This document shows positions 1-10,690 of a stretch of 64,000 nt of DNA, piece after piece. The DNA is from Camelus ferus (lineage: Eukaryota): the NCBI RefSeq assembly GCF_009834535.1, contig NC_045696.1, positions 12,836,001 to 12,900,000 of the forward strand, given 5' to 3'. The notes beneath the pieces are model-generated. The model was not told the origin of the DNA. It saw only the letters and a list, made by a program, of their open reading frames with translations, and searched no databases. The stretch's first letter is position 1, and each line of letters begins with the position of its first letter. Both the position numbers and the translations under genes were made by a program.

Positions 1-399
1 ACCAAAGTATAAAACAAGCTTGAGACCTTCTTACATTACTGTGACTTGATCCCATTAAAAACAGTAAGTGGTACACACACTGATTGATTCATGTAAGATG
101 GTCCCCAGTCTCCTTTACTTACTTAGTCCATGAGCTAGTTCTTATTTTCGTGGTTGGATTAGCAAGGATGCTTGATGGTTCAAATGTTTATCAGCCATCG
201 TCATTCTCACTTGTCCTATTCTTAATGTTTTGGCTATTTTTATTACAAATAAAATACTAGGATTTGCATTCGGGTCAGTCATTAGTCTTAGGGGAATAAA
301 ATTAAGAAAGGATTTATGTGTCTATTTATGTCATGGTTGGCTAGAGCAGTTATGTCTTCCCTTTGCCGTCTGACCGAGCTGTTTTCTGTTCCTTGACAG

Positions 400-478
400 A
401 TACTCTTCTGACTCTCTTCCCAGCTGCACCGCTGAGGTGCAAGTTAAATCACATCAGGAAACCTGATGAAGAAGGAGG
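400..478 (+). other. Candidate 79-nt upstream, probably non-coding, exon of a long MAP3K7CL-locus transcript
   Basis: Branch-like CTGAC at 370-374, pyrimidine tract and AG acceptor (gttttctgttccttgacAG, AG at 398-399), and donor AGG|GTAAGG at 479. No protein match recognised. Confidence 0.5.
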
Positions 479-739
479 GTAAGGGCTACCAAACCTTTCA
501 AAAGATCTTTTTATCCCCCCTACATGGATTTTTGACAACTTAGGAAAATAGACTAGTAATAGTTAGAAATTAACTTCCTGAGATGAATAAAAAAATTTCT
601 TTAGAAAGAAGAGATACGAGGCAATATGTTTAGAAAATGTAAAAATACGCAGTCATCTACCTCAAGATGACTCTCAAACTCTGCAAAAAATTGCAAAGGA
701 AAAAGGAAAAAAAAACTGACAAGGAAGAGACCTGTCTCC

Positions 740-776
740 AAGCGCATGCGCTTCCTCCTCCTTTGAGCTACGGAAG
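740..776. promoter_or_regulatory. NRF1-type palindrome with adjacent ETS cores; candidate upstream promoter element
   Basis: Perfect 14-bp palindrome AAGCGCATGCGCTT (740-753) with core GCGCATGCGC, overlapping CTTCC, and CGGAAG at 771-776. Locally CpG-rich against an AT-rich background. Confidence 0.4.
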
Positions 777-1429
777 GACTCTTCGGCCCGTACCTGGGGC
801 CTTTGGACTGAGAATCATAAAATAATGCCGCTCAGTCCCATAAGCTTTGTTGTCTGGTCTCTCAGAGCAAATGAGGACAGCTGTGGGAAAGCACAAGATA
901 GGAAAAGTCAGACCTACTGATAAAAGCAAGAAGCAACAGATAATAGCCAGACAGACACACTTAAGAAGACTTGGAAACTAGAGAAACATAGTTGGGGCTA
1001 TCTGGGGAAGCCGCTGTATGTATTGCGTTTAGAGTGATCGCTGGCTATAAAGAAACAAAATTAGTAATGGTTCTTGAATCTTGTTTAGACAGTCATTGAA
1101 TATATGAGATGCATTTAAATTCTACCAAAAATGATGGCAATTTTTGAAACATCTTTTGGTTCTTGATGGGGGAGCTTCACTTGATGGGGGAGCAAAGCTA
1201 TTTTCCTTGCTAATTCCTTCCCTTTTTCCTTGGAAAATTCATGTATAAAGGCAACCTCATTCTTCAGATATTGTATATGACTGAAAGGTTACTATATTTG
1301 GCATGAATCACATGTTAATGACATGGTTAGTGTGTTGTTTGAAGCAATGTTGTGATGGCTTTGATGCAGAATCATCACTCTTTATCATTGTTTAAGACAA
1401 CTCAGGTAGTTAAATGCAAGGTGACCCAG

Positions 1430-1492
1430 ACAGTTCAGATAACTGCACCTTTAGTAGCTATGAGGGAAGTGGTGGCAGATCTTACCGTGTGC
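1430..1492 (+). other. MAP3K7CL: Homologue of the first coding exon of the long human MAP3K7CL isoform; human start codon absent here
   Basis: Translates TVQITAPLVAMREVVADLT versus recalled human MVQLIAPLEVMWNEAADLK. ACA sits at the human Met1 position; weak ACC|GTGTGC donor at 1487. Confidence 0.7.
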
Positions 1493-2146
1493 CCTCCTCC
1501 AACCTCTTCCCGTAAGACTGACAACAGTAGTCCTCTACTTCATTGATAATAGGGTAGAGAACATGTAGAAAAGCAGCAGAGCAAAATGTATCTTGGAAGT
1601 CTCTGAGTCAACTATTGCCAATGGCAACCTCTGAGCCATCTGGGGCAGGTCGGTCACCTATTTGTTGAGGTGTTGATTGGAACTCCAGGACGCTGGTTCT
1701 TTCCCTTAATACAAAACCAATTTTAAGCCAAGTCATTTAAGACCTTTGGAAAACTGACTCTAAAATAGCATGTGATATCCTGGGGGAAAAAATAAACCAT
1801 GATTTAGTAAACACAATGATCCACAGAGTAAGGATTGCTTTATATGGTGTTCTCACAGAAACTGAAGGCACTGATGATCAAGTGTGGCCAGGAAGAAAAA
1901 TCCTTGATGCACCCATGTAAGTTCCAATTTGAAGTGGATTTCTTGATGTCCCCAGCCCAGTGTTTGCTGCCCGCCAGCTCTGGGAAGCGGGTGGAAGGAT
2001 TCTCACCAAGCCTGGGAAATAGGAAGTCCAATTACCAGAGGATGTGCTAGGAGAAATTATGAAATGTTAATGTCATTTCATTGTGACCACGGAGTTTAGG
2101 AGTGCTCCTTCAGATTCATTTTGCCATAGGCAGATGGCAAAAATCG

Positions 2147-2160
2147 AGAATGGTGCACAG

Positions 2161-2191
<31 letters not shown>

Positions 2192-2202
2192 AGGGTGCAC
2201 AG
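2147..2202 (+). mobile_element. Poly(A)-only retro-insertion flanked by a target-site duplication
   Basis: AGAATGGTGCACAG (2147-2160) and AGAAGGGTGCACAG (2189-2202), 13/14 identical, enclose a pure A run. Confidence 0.75.
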
Positions 2203-2574
2203 TGCTGGCCTAAGATTTGACTTCAATTTAATTGATGTTAATGATTGTAAGAAAGATAATGTGGTAAAACATGCCCCACAGGGATGAGAATTTGGTTCCA
2301 TGGTGATGGGCAATTGAGTCCTAGTTTCTGCTCCAGTCTTGTTCTTGTGACATTAATCTTGCAATATCTTGACCCTGAATTTTATAAGAATGAGCATTTT
2401 GGACCTCAGCGTATTCTGTCAGGGTTTAAGGGTGATGGTGATGATGGTGATGGTGTCACCTCCTGTTGCGTGTTCACTGCGCCTTGTGTTCCCTGTGCTG
2501 GGCCCTTCATGTATGTTATCTCATTTAATCTTCACAATCAGCCCGATGGAAAGCTCCTAATAACTTCACGTTGG

Positions 2575-3077
2575 GCTTAAAATAAAAAAAACAAGCTCCA
2601 TACCAGGGCCTCTAGGGCCCAGGGTGACCTAGTTCCTATCTACCTCATGTCCAGTTTCTTTTTCACTCACACGGGCCTTCGTTTTGTTCTTGGAACGTGC
2701 CACTCTCATTCCCTCCTTAGAGCTTTCCTGTCAGCTTTTCCCTCTTCCTGGACCACTCTTCTCCCAGACCTCGGCATGAATGAATCTGCTTGTCATTCAG
2801 GTACCATATTAAATCTCACCTCCCAGAGACAGTTTCCTTGATAATTTCATCTAAAGAATCTCCTCAATACCTTTATTCACATCACTGTTTTATTTTCTTC
2901 ATTACACCTAATATTCTGTTAATTAATTAAAACTACCCCCACCAATGTAATGTAAGAATTACATTCTCAGGAATGTAAACTTCCTGAGAATTTGTACCAG
3001 ACATGTTCTTTATTATTATGTCTCCAGCTCTTGGAACAGTGCTTGGCACATAGTAGGTATTCAATCAATGAATGAAC
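2575..3077 (+). mobile_element. LINE L2 3' fragment, with MIR remnants on both sides (about 2500-2570 and 3080-3210)
   Basis: Typical L2 terminus agtgcttggcacatagtaggtattcaatcaatgaatgaa. Confidence 0.75.
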
Positions 3078-5118
3078 CTCAATTTTTGGATCAGGAAGCT
3101 GAAGCACAGAGAGGTTAAGATATCTATTTTAGGCCACACAGCTTCTAAAGGCTTATGTAGTATTTATTCAGGCTTAATTCCAAAGCCCATTTTCTTAACC
3201 ACCATGCTATAAGACACTGATCAATAGATCTCTTTACATCAAACTTGGACTCATGTACAGGTAATAGCTGAAAACTAAACTTAGAGGCCCAGGAGAGGGA
3301 TTCTGGTTTGTTTTAATCTACTAAGTTAATGCATTAAATAGTGCCCATATTTCTCAAAAGTGCTGAATTTCAAGACTGTGCAGTCAGGAGAGAGCAGAGC
3401 TGTAAAAACATTTCACTTATGTTCTAATAGTTCTGATCAAGATAGATGCTTTTATTTTTTCAGCAGTTTAACTATGTGAAGTGAACCTTAAAAAGATACA
3501 ATTTAGGCTGTTCTAAATATTCTCAATTAAGAAGCTTAAGCATAAGCATGAGAAACAGCAAATAACAAATACTATCACTTTTTGTTATATTCTCCTGCAA
3601 GTGTTTATTTTAAAATATGTAATCTATTTTTAAAAAAAAGCACAAAGCACACAAGTCTGCAGGCTTGCATTACATTTTCGTCATGTTTTGAATTATGTGT
3701 AGAAATAAATATAATTTCTGGGTTCTTGTAAGCTCCCTCTCATAAGCTCTCCTTAAGTTATTTCACACCCTGCAAAGTTTAATTTAAGCCTGCTAGTTTT
3801 ATTTGATAGGTTAAAAGGAATTAAATTGGTTTTAAAATAAATTATGCTGCAAATAATAAAAATGCTAATAGGAAATGTATTCTATAACACTAACACTATA
3901 TTTCTTGAGGCTACTGAAGCCCAGTTATAATCATCATTACAGGCAGTCTTAGCCTACAATTGATCAATTTAGGAAATGAGTTTTGGTGATACAGAGAAAA
4001 GTGTGTGTGTGTGTATGTGTGTTGAAGAAGGCAGGGACAGTCCACCTTTAGTGGTCCTGCTTTCTCTGATCTCATGATGATGTGAACTTTCCTTTGTTTC
4101 TTTGTTCTTTAGTTTGGAATCTCAGGGTGTGACTGTCCCAGTGAATCGGCTTCTTCTTTTTTTTTTTTTTTTTTGCATCATAGAGGGCTAACAAAATGCT
4201 GGTGCTGGGCTATTGGGCATAGGTCTTCCTGAGGTACCTCTCATCCCTGAAACAAGAAGCTGAGTAAGACTGTTCATACTGCTTGGGGAAAGGAGGATGG
4301 GCTCCAGAGGTCCCAAGTTGGGATTTTTATGGTCTTTCCCCATAAAAATACTGTTATATATTCGTTCGATAGAGTAGAAATAATGGTGTTATTAGCAGCC
4401 TGTCTCAGATACATTCTAGGTTACTGTGTATTTGCACATTTGCAAACTAGTCCAGGAACAAATGAGAAAAAGATGTCAAATTCTAAACAATCAGCATATA
4501 AAACTCCCTCTGGGAAGATAAATATTTTTGAAGTTGATGGCTGCTTATTATGCATTTGACACTATTAGGTTTATAGCTGGTGAATGTTTGTGGTCTTATG
4601 ATTTCTTGACCTTGTCTGCCAGGTTGGTTTCAGACACATGAATGAAGTATTAACCCTGAAAAGAAATCGTATAGAAATAAGCAGCATAGATCTTTAAGTT
4701 GAATTCAACTTTGTGCTTTCTGTCTTTACATAGGATTTATGAACAGGGTGTCTCTGAGCTATGCTAAGGGTGAAAGAAAGAAAAAGATGCAAGGAAAGAG
4801 GGAGAAAAGAAGGAAGGAAAAAAAAGAGGGCAGGAGGGAAGAATAGAAGAAAGGGTTGGTGTGACCTAATAGCAGCTTTCACATTACCACATCTGTTTCC
4901 TTGCCCTTATTTTCATCATCATTGAATCCATCGTGAAAGCTGTAAGTGCAGTAATATGAAATGTAACTCATTCATCCATTTATTCATCTTCATTATTTTA
5001 ACGGATTCCTCTGCCTGTTTTTGTCTCCAAATATTTACTAAGTAGCCTGCAGAGGGTGCTCTTTCCTTAGTTTAAACCTTTCCAACCACTTACCAAAAGA
5101 GGATGAGTTTTCTAAGGT

Positions 5119-5119
<1 letters not shown>

Positions 5120-5152
<33 letters not shown>
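5120..5152. repeat. Poly(A) tract of about 33 nt
   Basis: Uninterrupted A run; no clear TSD. Confidence 0.95.
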
Positions 5153-5154
<2 letters not shown>

Positions 5155-5387
5155 AGTGCAAAGAGGCGAAGGACCTACAATCTCTCTTTTCTTTTCTCTT
5201 TCAAATGTTGCAAAATGGGATCTGTCAAAGCATAGGAGACCCAGTTTCTTATAGCTTTTTTACTAAAAGAAAAATCAAATCTTGGTGACCTTTTCTTTAT
5301 GTGGAGCTGGGATTGTCAAGCCTGTGTCCTCCCTCGTCAGCTGATGTTTCTCAATTTGCCAAGTCTTTGGAGCTTCCTTTTTCCCTC

Positions 5388-5389
<2 letters not shown>

Positions 5390-5436
<47 letters not shown>
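5390..5436. repeat. (TG)n microsatellite of about 23 units
   Basis: Read directly from the sequence. Confidence 0.97.
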
Positions 5437-5437
<1 letters not shown>

Positions 5438-5461
5438 CATATTATTCCCTTCCTCCTGTAT

Positions 5462-5811
5462 CAGCGTTGTCCAATAGAGATATTGTGCAATCTGCACTGG
5501 TAATTAAAAAATTTTTAGTAGTCACATTAAAAGTAAAAGGAAATAGGTACAATTAAATTTTTTACACGTATCAGGTGCAATTTATGTTTAAATATAATTT
5601 ATTTACTCCAATGTATCTCATTTTTATCATTTCAATGTTTAGCCAATATAAAAATATTTATCAGAAATTTTACCTTCTTTTTTTGGTACTAAGTCTTTGA
5701 AATCCGCTGTGTATTTTACACTTATGGCACATCTCAACTTGGGCTGGTCACTTTCAACTGCGTGATAGTCACAGGTAACCTGAGTCACATGTAACTGTAT
5801 GGGACAGCACA
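5462..5811 (+). mobile_element. MER33-type hAT-Charlie DNA transposon fossil
   Basis: Termini cagcgttgtccaataga ... tatgggacagcacag and internal gtactaagtctttgaaatccgctgtgtattttacactt match the recalled MER33 consensus. Confidence 0.85.
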
Positions 5812-6169
5812 GGTCTACAACTTCCTTCTTTCATTCACCATTTCCCCAGCCCCAACCAAACTAGCAGGAAACAGTGGATTACAAAATGGGCTATGTATTC
5901 AGGGACTCACTATGTTTAATTATCTACTTGTTTGGATCATATAGGAAACATGACAGATGACCTGCATTCCTTTGATAGACTGTCATCTACCAGTTCTGAG
6001 ATCTTTTTAATAGGATATAAATAATATTTCTTAGCTTGTCAGTTTTAAGTGGCTCTAATTCTATCACAATGGGAGGTAACAATTTTACTCAAAACCTTCA
6101 ATTTAATTTTTCTGAGTGTCCATTTTCAAATGCATGATAATAACTACAGTTTATTGTATACTTCTTACC

Positions 6170-6400
6170 TGCCAATGACTGTGTGCTAGCTGTTTACCCA
6201 GACGATTCCATTTAATTGTCTCAATAGCTCTTTGGGTTAGAGACTATTATGATCACTTCTGTCTTAAAGATGAGGACACTGAGGATGAGGAGGGTTTGGG
6301 AGTTGGCCAGCGTGACCCAGTGAGAACACAGCAGAGCAGGGATTTCACGCTGGGTCTGCAGGATTCTGTATCCCAGCTTCTTTGACTTAATGCATTGCAT
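6170..6400 (-). mobile_element. MIR SINE
   Basis: Inverted MIR core (aaagatgaggacactgagg ... ttggccagcgtgacccag). Confidence 0.65.
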
Positions 6401-6825
6401 TTCCCAAGTTGTGGAGTATATTACCTGCAAGTTTAGGATGTTGGTAGAGAGTAGAATTCTACAAATGGAAGAAATCCTAGAGTTCCTGTAATCAGATCTC
6501 TCTGTTTTATAGGAAACACACATAAACACACACACACAAACCCAAACCCAAACCCAAACCTAAGGTCAAGGGAGGCTGAGTGGTTTCTCCTTTCACTATT
6601 CAGGTTTAGAATCCAGGCCTTCTGACTCCAAGCCCAGTGCTCTTTCCTCTGATTAGAAACATTTCCAGATTTAGAGTCCAGTTTATAGGACCATTAACAG
6701 TCCTCTCTAAAAAGGAGGCAAGAGGTTTCAAATTCTTCTCAGGGCAAAACAGAACTGACAGCAAAAGGTTTGTTTGGGGTCATTTGTCTCATCGTGACTT
6801 TGATTTGGCCTTGATCTTTATTTAG

Positions 6826-6965
6826 CACGTCAATTTTATGCTCTGTGACAAGTTTGGCCATGTCGAGGACCATCCAAAGGTCAGCGAGTTGGCTGCTGGC
6901 GATTGGATGCTCCCTCTGAAGCCAAAGTCTATTACTGTGCCGTGGAAATCCCCGGCTCACCTCTG
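6826..6965 (+). other. MAP3K7CL: Frameshifted homologue of a human MAP3K7CL long-isoform coding exon
   Basis: Acceptor tctttatttAG (6824-6825). Pieced translation TSILCSVTSLAM / EDHPKVSELAAGDWMLPLKPKSITV / VEIPGSPL versus recalled human ISVLCSATSLAMLEDNPKVSKLATGDWMLTLKPKSITVPVEIPSSPL. Needs two 1-nt frameshifts (about 6863 and 6941); no GT at the expected donor. Confidence 0.8.
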
Positions 6966-7509
6966 CAAGAGGATTGCGTCCACTCTCTGGAAGTTGTGGG
7001 CGTTGCAGGCTTTTTGCACCCTGCTGCCTCCCTGGGAGCCTGATGCTGGTCGTCAGCAATTCATTCTGCCGGGACCTGGGTCACGGCGGGTCGATGGTTC
7101 TGTGGTGTTCTGGGCATCTCTTTCACTCTCATTCAGCCAGTGATTCTGATTATGTTTCACATTCTCATCAGGGGCTGTGGTCTGGAGGAGAAAGACTTTC
7201 TGAATTTCTTAATTGTGCTGTTTTTTTCTTCTCTGATTTGAGTACAAATCTCCCCGACGTCTTGACTAAGGCTCATAAAGCTTTTATTTCCATGTACTAG
7301 CTCATGCCAACATCTGTAAATAACCTTCCCCTAATCTTGACTATACAACACATTTTTCATATTCAACAGTATGTTTAAGTATTCCTACAACCCTTACTTC
7401 TCAGCCAAGATTGAATTTATTCCAAGAGCAATGATACTGTTCACAGCTAGAAATATCCCCTCCATAATCTGTTTAATGAGAAAATTCTCTTTATCTGTGA
7501 AAAAGAATG

Positions 7510-7672
7510 ATGTGGGTTTGAGTTCTGCCACTTACCTTGGGCACATCCAGGGACCTTTATAAATCTCAGTTTCTTTACCAGTAATACAAGAACGATAATA
7601 ATTACCTTCCTCATAGGATACATGTGAGGAACAAATGACATATATGAAAGAGCTCTGCAAAGTGTAAACTAT
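7510..7672 (+). mobile_element. MIR SINE
   Basis: gagttctgccacttaccttgggca ... tctcagtttctttaccagtaata MIR core. Confidence 0.7.
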
Positions 7673-7802
7673 TCAAACCTTACTTTATGTCACAAGGTCA
7701 CATGTTTGTGAACATGTGAATGCATGTATGTTATGGATATGATTGTTTTTATTTCATGATTTGGGCTCAGGACTAATCTAGGTCATAGTTATCACTGTAG
7801 GG

Positions 7803-8702
7803 CAGTGGTTCTCAACTGGGGGCAATTTTGTACCCCAGGGGATACCTATCAATGTCTAGAGATATTTGGGGGTCTCATATAAGAAGGATGGTGCTGAAAT
7901 CTAGTAGGTAGTGAAATGGGGCAGGACCCTGAGGGGGCTTCCCCCTTCATCATGTCCTTCACCTGCCGTGTCCATAGAAAAATGTTAGTCAAAGAAAAAG
8001 TTTAATCAGAGAAATAAGAAAACACAGAAACGAAGGGAAATAGTTAAGCAAAACAGAATAATAATAATTTAGTCATCAAATAAAGTCAAGGACCTTTAGT
8101 TCCGCCTCAAGGGCTATAGGTAATATTCTGAGCCATATCCTTTGAGCTGTCTTTTAGTATATCTGACACCCTCAGCAGATGAGAGAAGTTAACTATATGA
8201 TGACCAGACTGTAGCCATGACATAAGCTGCCACAATTCCAAGAAATGACCTCAAAGAAATGAGAACAAGTTGACTCTGGAACTGAAGATTAATTGCACTT
8301 AAAACAATCAAGATGGCGCTGTTCAGACCACTGCATGACTAACTTCAAGATGACTGTCAGGGCTGACTGTGCTGTTCTGCATGTAGCCCCCTCCCTCTGC
8401 CTGTATACCTTTGAAACTCTCCTTTATAAGCTCTTGCCAACTGATTGTCAGTAGCAGGAGAGTTGGCCTTTGGACAGGAGTCCACCCTCCCCTACCTGGT
8501 TGCCGGCCTCTGGAATATAGTAAACTTTCCTCTCCACCAACACTTGCCTCTGTTGGCTTTTGAGCAGCGAGCAGCCAGACCCAAGCTTCAGTAACAGTAG
8601 AGGCCAGAGACTCATCTAAACATCCTGAAATGCACAGGATAGCCCCCACAACAAAGAATTATCTGTCCTAAAATGTCAGTGGTACAGAGTTTGAGGAGCT
8701 CC
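7803..8702 (+). mobile_element. MER20 hAT-Charlie element split by an LTR (halves about 7803-7911 and 8601-8702)
   Basis: cagtggttctcaactgggggcaattttg ... ctagtaggtag | aggccagagactcatctaaacatcctgaaatgcacaggatagcccccacaacaaagaattatc rejoin into a contiguous MER20. Confidence 0.88.
7912..8596 (+). mobile_element. Solo ERV LTR, ERV1-like, 685 bp
   Basis: TG...CA termini (tgaaat ... gtaaca), perfect 4-bp TSD GTAG (7908-7911 and 8597-8600), TATA-like tttataag near 8423. Confidence 0.85.
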
Positions 8703-8711
8703 CCTTGAGAG

Positions 8712-8897
8712 CACTCTCAAACTTGAGCATCTGTCAGTTTCACCTGGGAAGGTTGTTACAGTGTGAATTGCTGGACTTTATTCCTACATTTTCCGATTCA
8801 GACGGTCCAGGGTGGAGTCCAGGGATTTGAATTTGTGAGAAGTTTTAGGTGATGGTAATGTTGCTGGTCCCGGGGCCACACTCTGAGAACCATTGCT
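8712..8897. mobile_element. MER5A-type hAT element
   Basis: Ends in gttgctggtcccggggccacactctgagaaccattgct, typical of MER5A. Confidence 0.75.
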
Positions 8898-8996
8898 GGA
8901 GACAATTCCATCAGTATGCACTGGTTGATTTCAGGGGCTGCTTTGCTTAGCCTAGTGGGCAAACCGGCATTTTTACTTGTTAAATGGTGCAAAATT

Positions 8997-9600
8997 TGTA
9001 CCATCTCGGGGAGGAGTCTGGCTCTGGGACCAAATTCCATGTGTGATCTATGTATAATTATAGGCAACTACAAGGCTTTGCTTGGCAGGTCTCCTGGAGG
9101 AAACCTGCTCTCCTCACTCCAGACTCAGTGCATTACAGTTTCCTGGGGGAAGTTGCATGGAAGGACTCCACTCCCCGTACCCCTGTGACCATATAAATAG
9201 CTGTCCTCCTAGCTCAGGGGCCTCCATTCTGAGGCCTCTTTAATGCGTGCCTTGGCTAAGATACTTCTCCGTTTGACTTACCTTTCCACTCTGAGCCCTT
9301 CCTCCTTCCCTTTGCCCCAGCCAATGGGGTCCATAAATAGGCAGGAGCCTTTGGTTTAGGGCACCTTTTGCTTGTGGGCCAATTCCTTTGTTCTGCATGT
9401 CATGTGAACCTCACCTGTGCTGTTCCCTGGGACAAAATGGAACAAGGTGGAGCTGAAGCCTTTCTCTTTTGCCTCTTGCTTGCACTGTTGTAGTAAGAGA
9501 ATAAAACCTTGACTGTTATTCTCAGTTTGAGTCACTGTCCTAATTGGCCACGTTGAAACCTGATTGTCCAACAGCTAGTATTAAGTATTTTTCTTTACCT
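8997..9600 (+). mobile_element. Old LTR-like element (family uncertain)
   Basis: TGTA start, ataaatag TATA-like motifs and an AATAAA near 9500 followed by a U5-like tail. Boundaries approximate. Confidence 0.4.
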
Positions 9601-9676
9601 CCAGTCTCCCCTCAACCCATGTGCTGTCAATACAAATGTTATGGTGCAAAAGTATCTGGTGTTACTGACTACTCCA

Positions 9677-9840
9677 CAGCAGTGACTCTCAACCTTGGCT
9701 GTATGTTGGCATTGACTGGGAATCTTGTTAAAATGTGATTTCTAATTCAATAGGTCCGAGCTGGGGCTGAAGATGCTACATTTCTGAAAGCGCTGAGATG
9801 ATGTCAATTCTGCTGGTGCAGGGACCACACTTTGAGTGGC
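9677..9840. mobile_element. MER5-type hAT element
   Basis: cagcagtgactctcaaccttggctg ... tgctggtgcagggaccacactttgagt. Confidence 0.7.
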
Positions 9841-10264
9841 AAAACTGAAGTTGCGGGAAAGTAACAATTTCATTAAGAGAATTAGAATAAATATATGCAG
9901 ACACACAATCACAATTAGAGTGATACCACTCAGTGGTATCTGCTGTTACAAAGATAAAATAATTGAGGTGATTTTAGAGCAGTGCTGCTCCACCCAGTCT
10001 GCACCCAAGGAGCTTATAATTTTTAGCATGGAAACATATTTTTGGAAGCAGTTGTTTGGAGTGAGAAGTAAGCAGGATCAGAAGTCAAAGATCACAGTTC
10101 TGGCCTAGTAACTGGCATTCTGAGCTGTGGGATCTTAGAGATCGCCCAGCTTGATTCTGTTGGTTAAAAAGTAGAGATGAAAATGTATAGCACGCTTTGA
10201 CAATCTATTGACAATACTCACAGATTTGTTGTCAGTTTCAAACAAGGATGTAAAAGAGAAAACA

Positions 10265-10690
10265 CCATTCACTCATTTGTTCATACCAAATATTCGTTAG
10301 GTACCTCCTCTGAGCCAGAAATTATTCTAGGTGCTGGGGAGGACATCAGTGAAAAAGAGGTGTAGTCCCTGGCCTCATGGAGAAAGGAGTCTAGTGGAGA
10401 AGACAAGCATCACAGAGGTGATGATAATAAACTAGGGTAAGTGCTATGATGGGGGAAGCACAGGGCACCATGGGAGTTCACAGCAGGTGAATTTCCTTAT
10501 CTGAAAGTCAGGGAGAACCTCCATAAGAAAGGGATGTTCAAGCTGAGAACTGAAGGCAAGGGCTCCTGGCAGAGTGGTGATATATCCAAAGGCCCCCTGG
10601 TTAAGAGCTCAGTGACCGGGGAGAATGTCTGAGCACGGCTGGAGCATGGAGAGTGAAGGAGACTGTGGGTCTTTAGGAGGTTGGACAGCT
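10265..10690 (-). mobile_element. LINE L2 fragment
   Basis: cattcactcatttgttcataccaaatattcgttaggtacc is an inverted L2 3' end. Confidence 0.65.

Noticed and set aside
6538..6560. (AAACCC)n telomere-like or G-quadruplex repeat
   Set aside because: Under four units, TTTGGG rather than TTAGGG, and only three full G3 runs.
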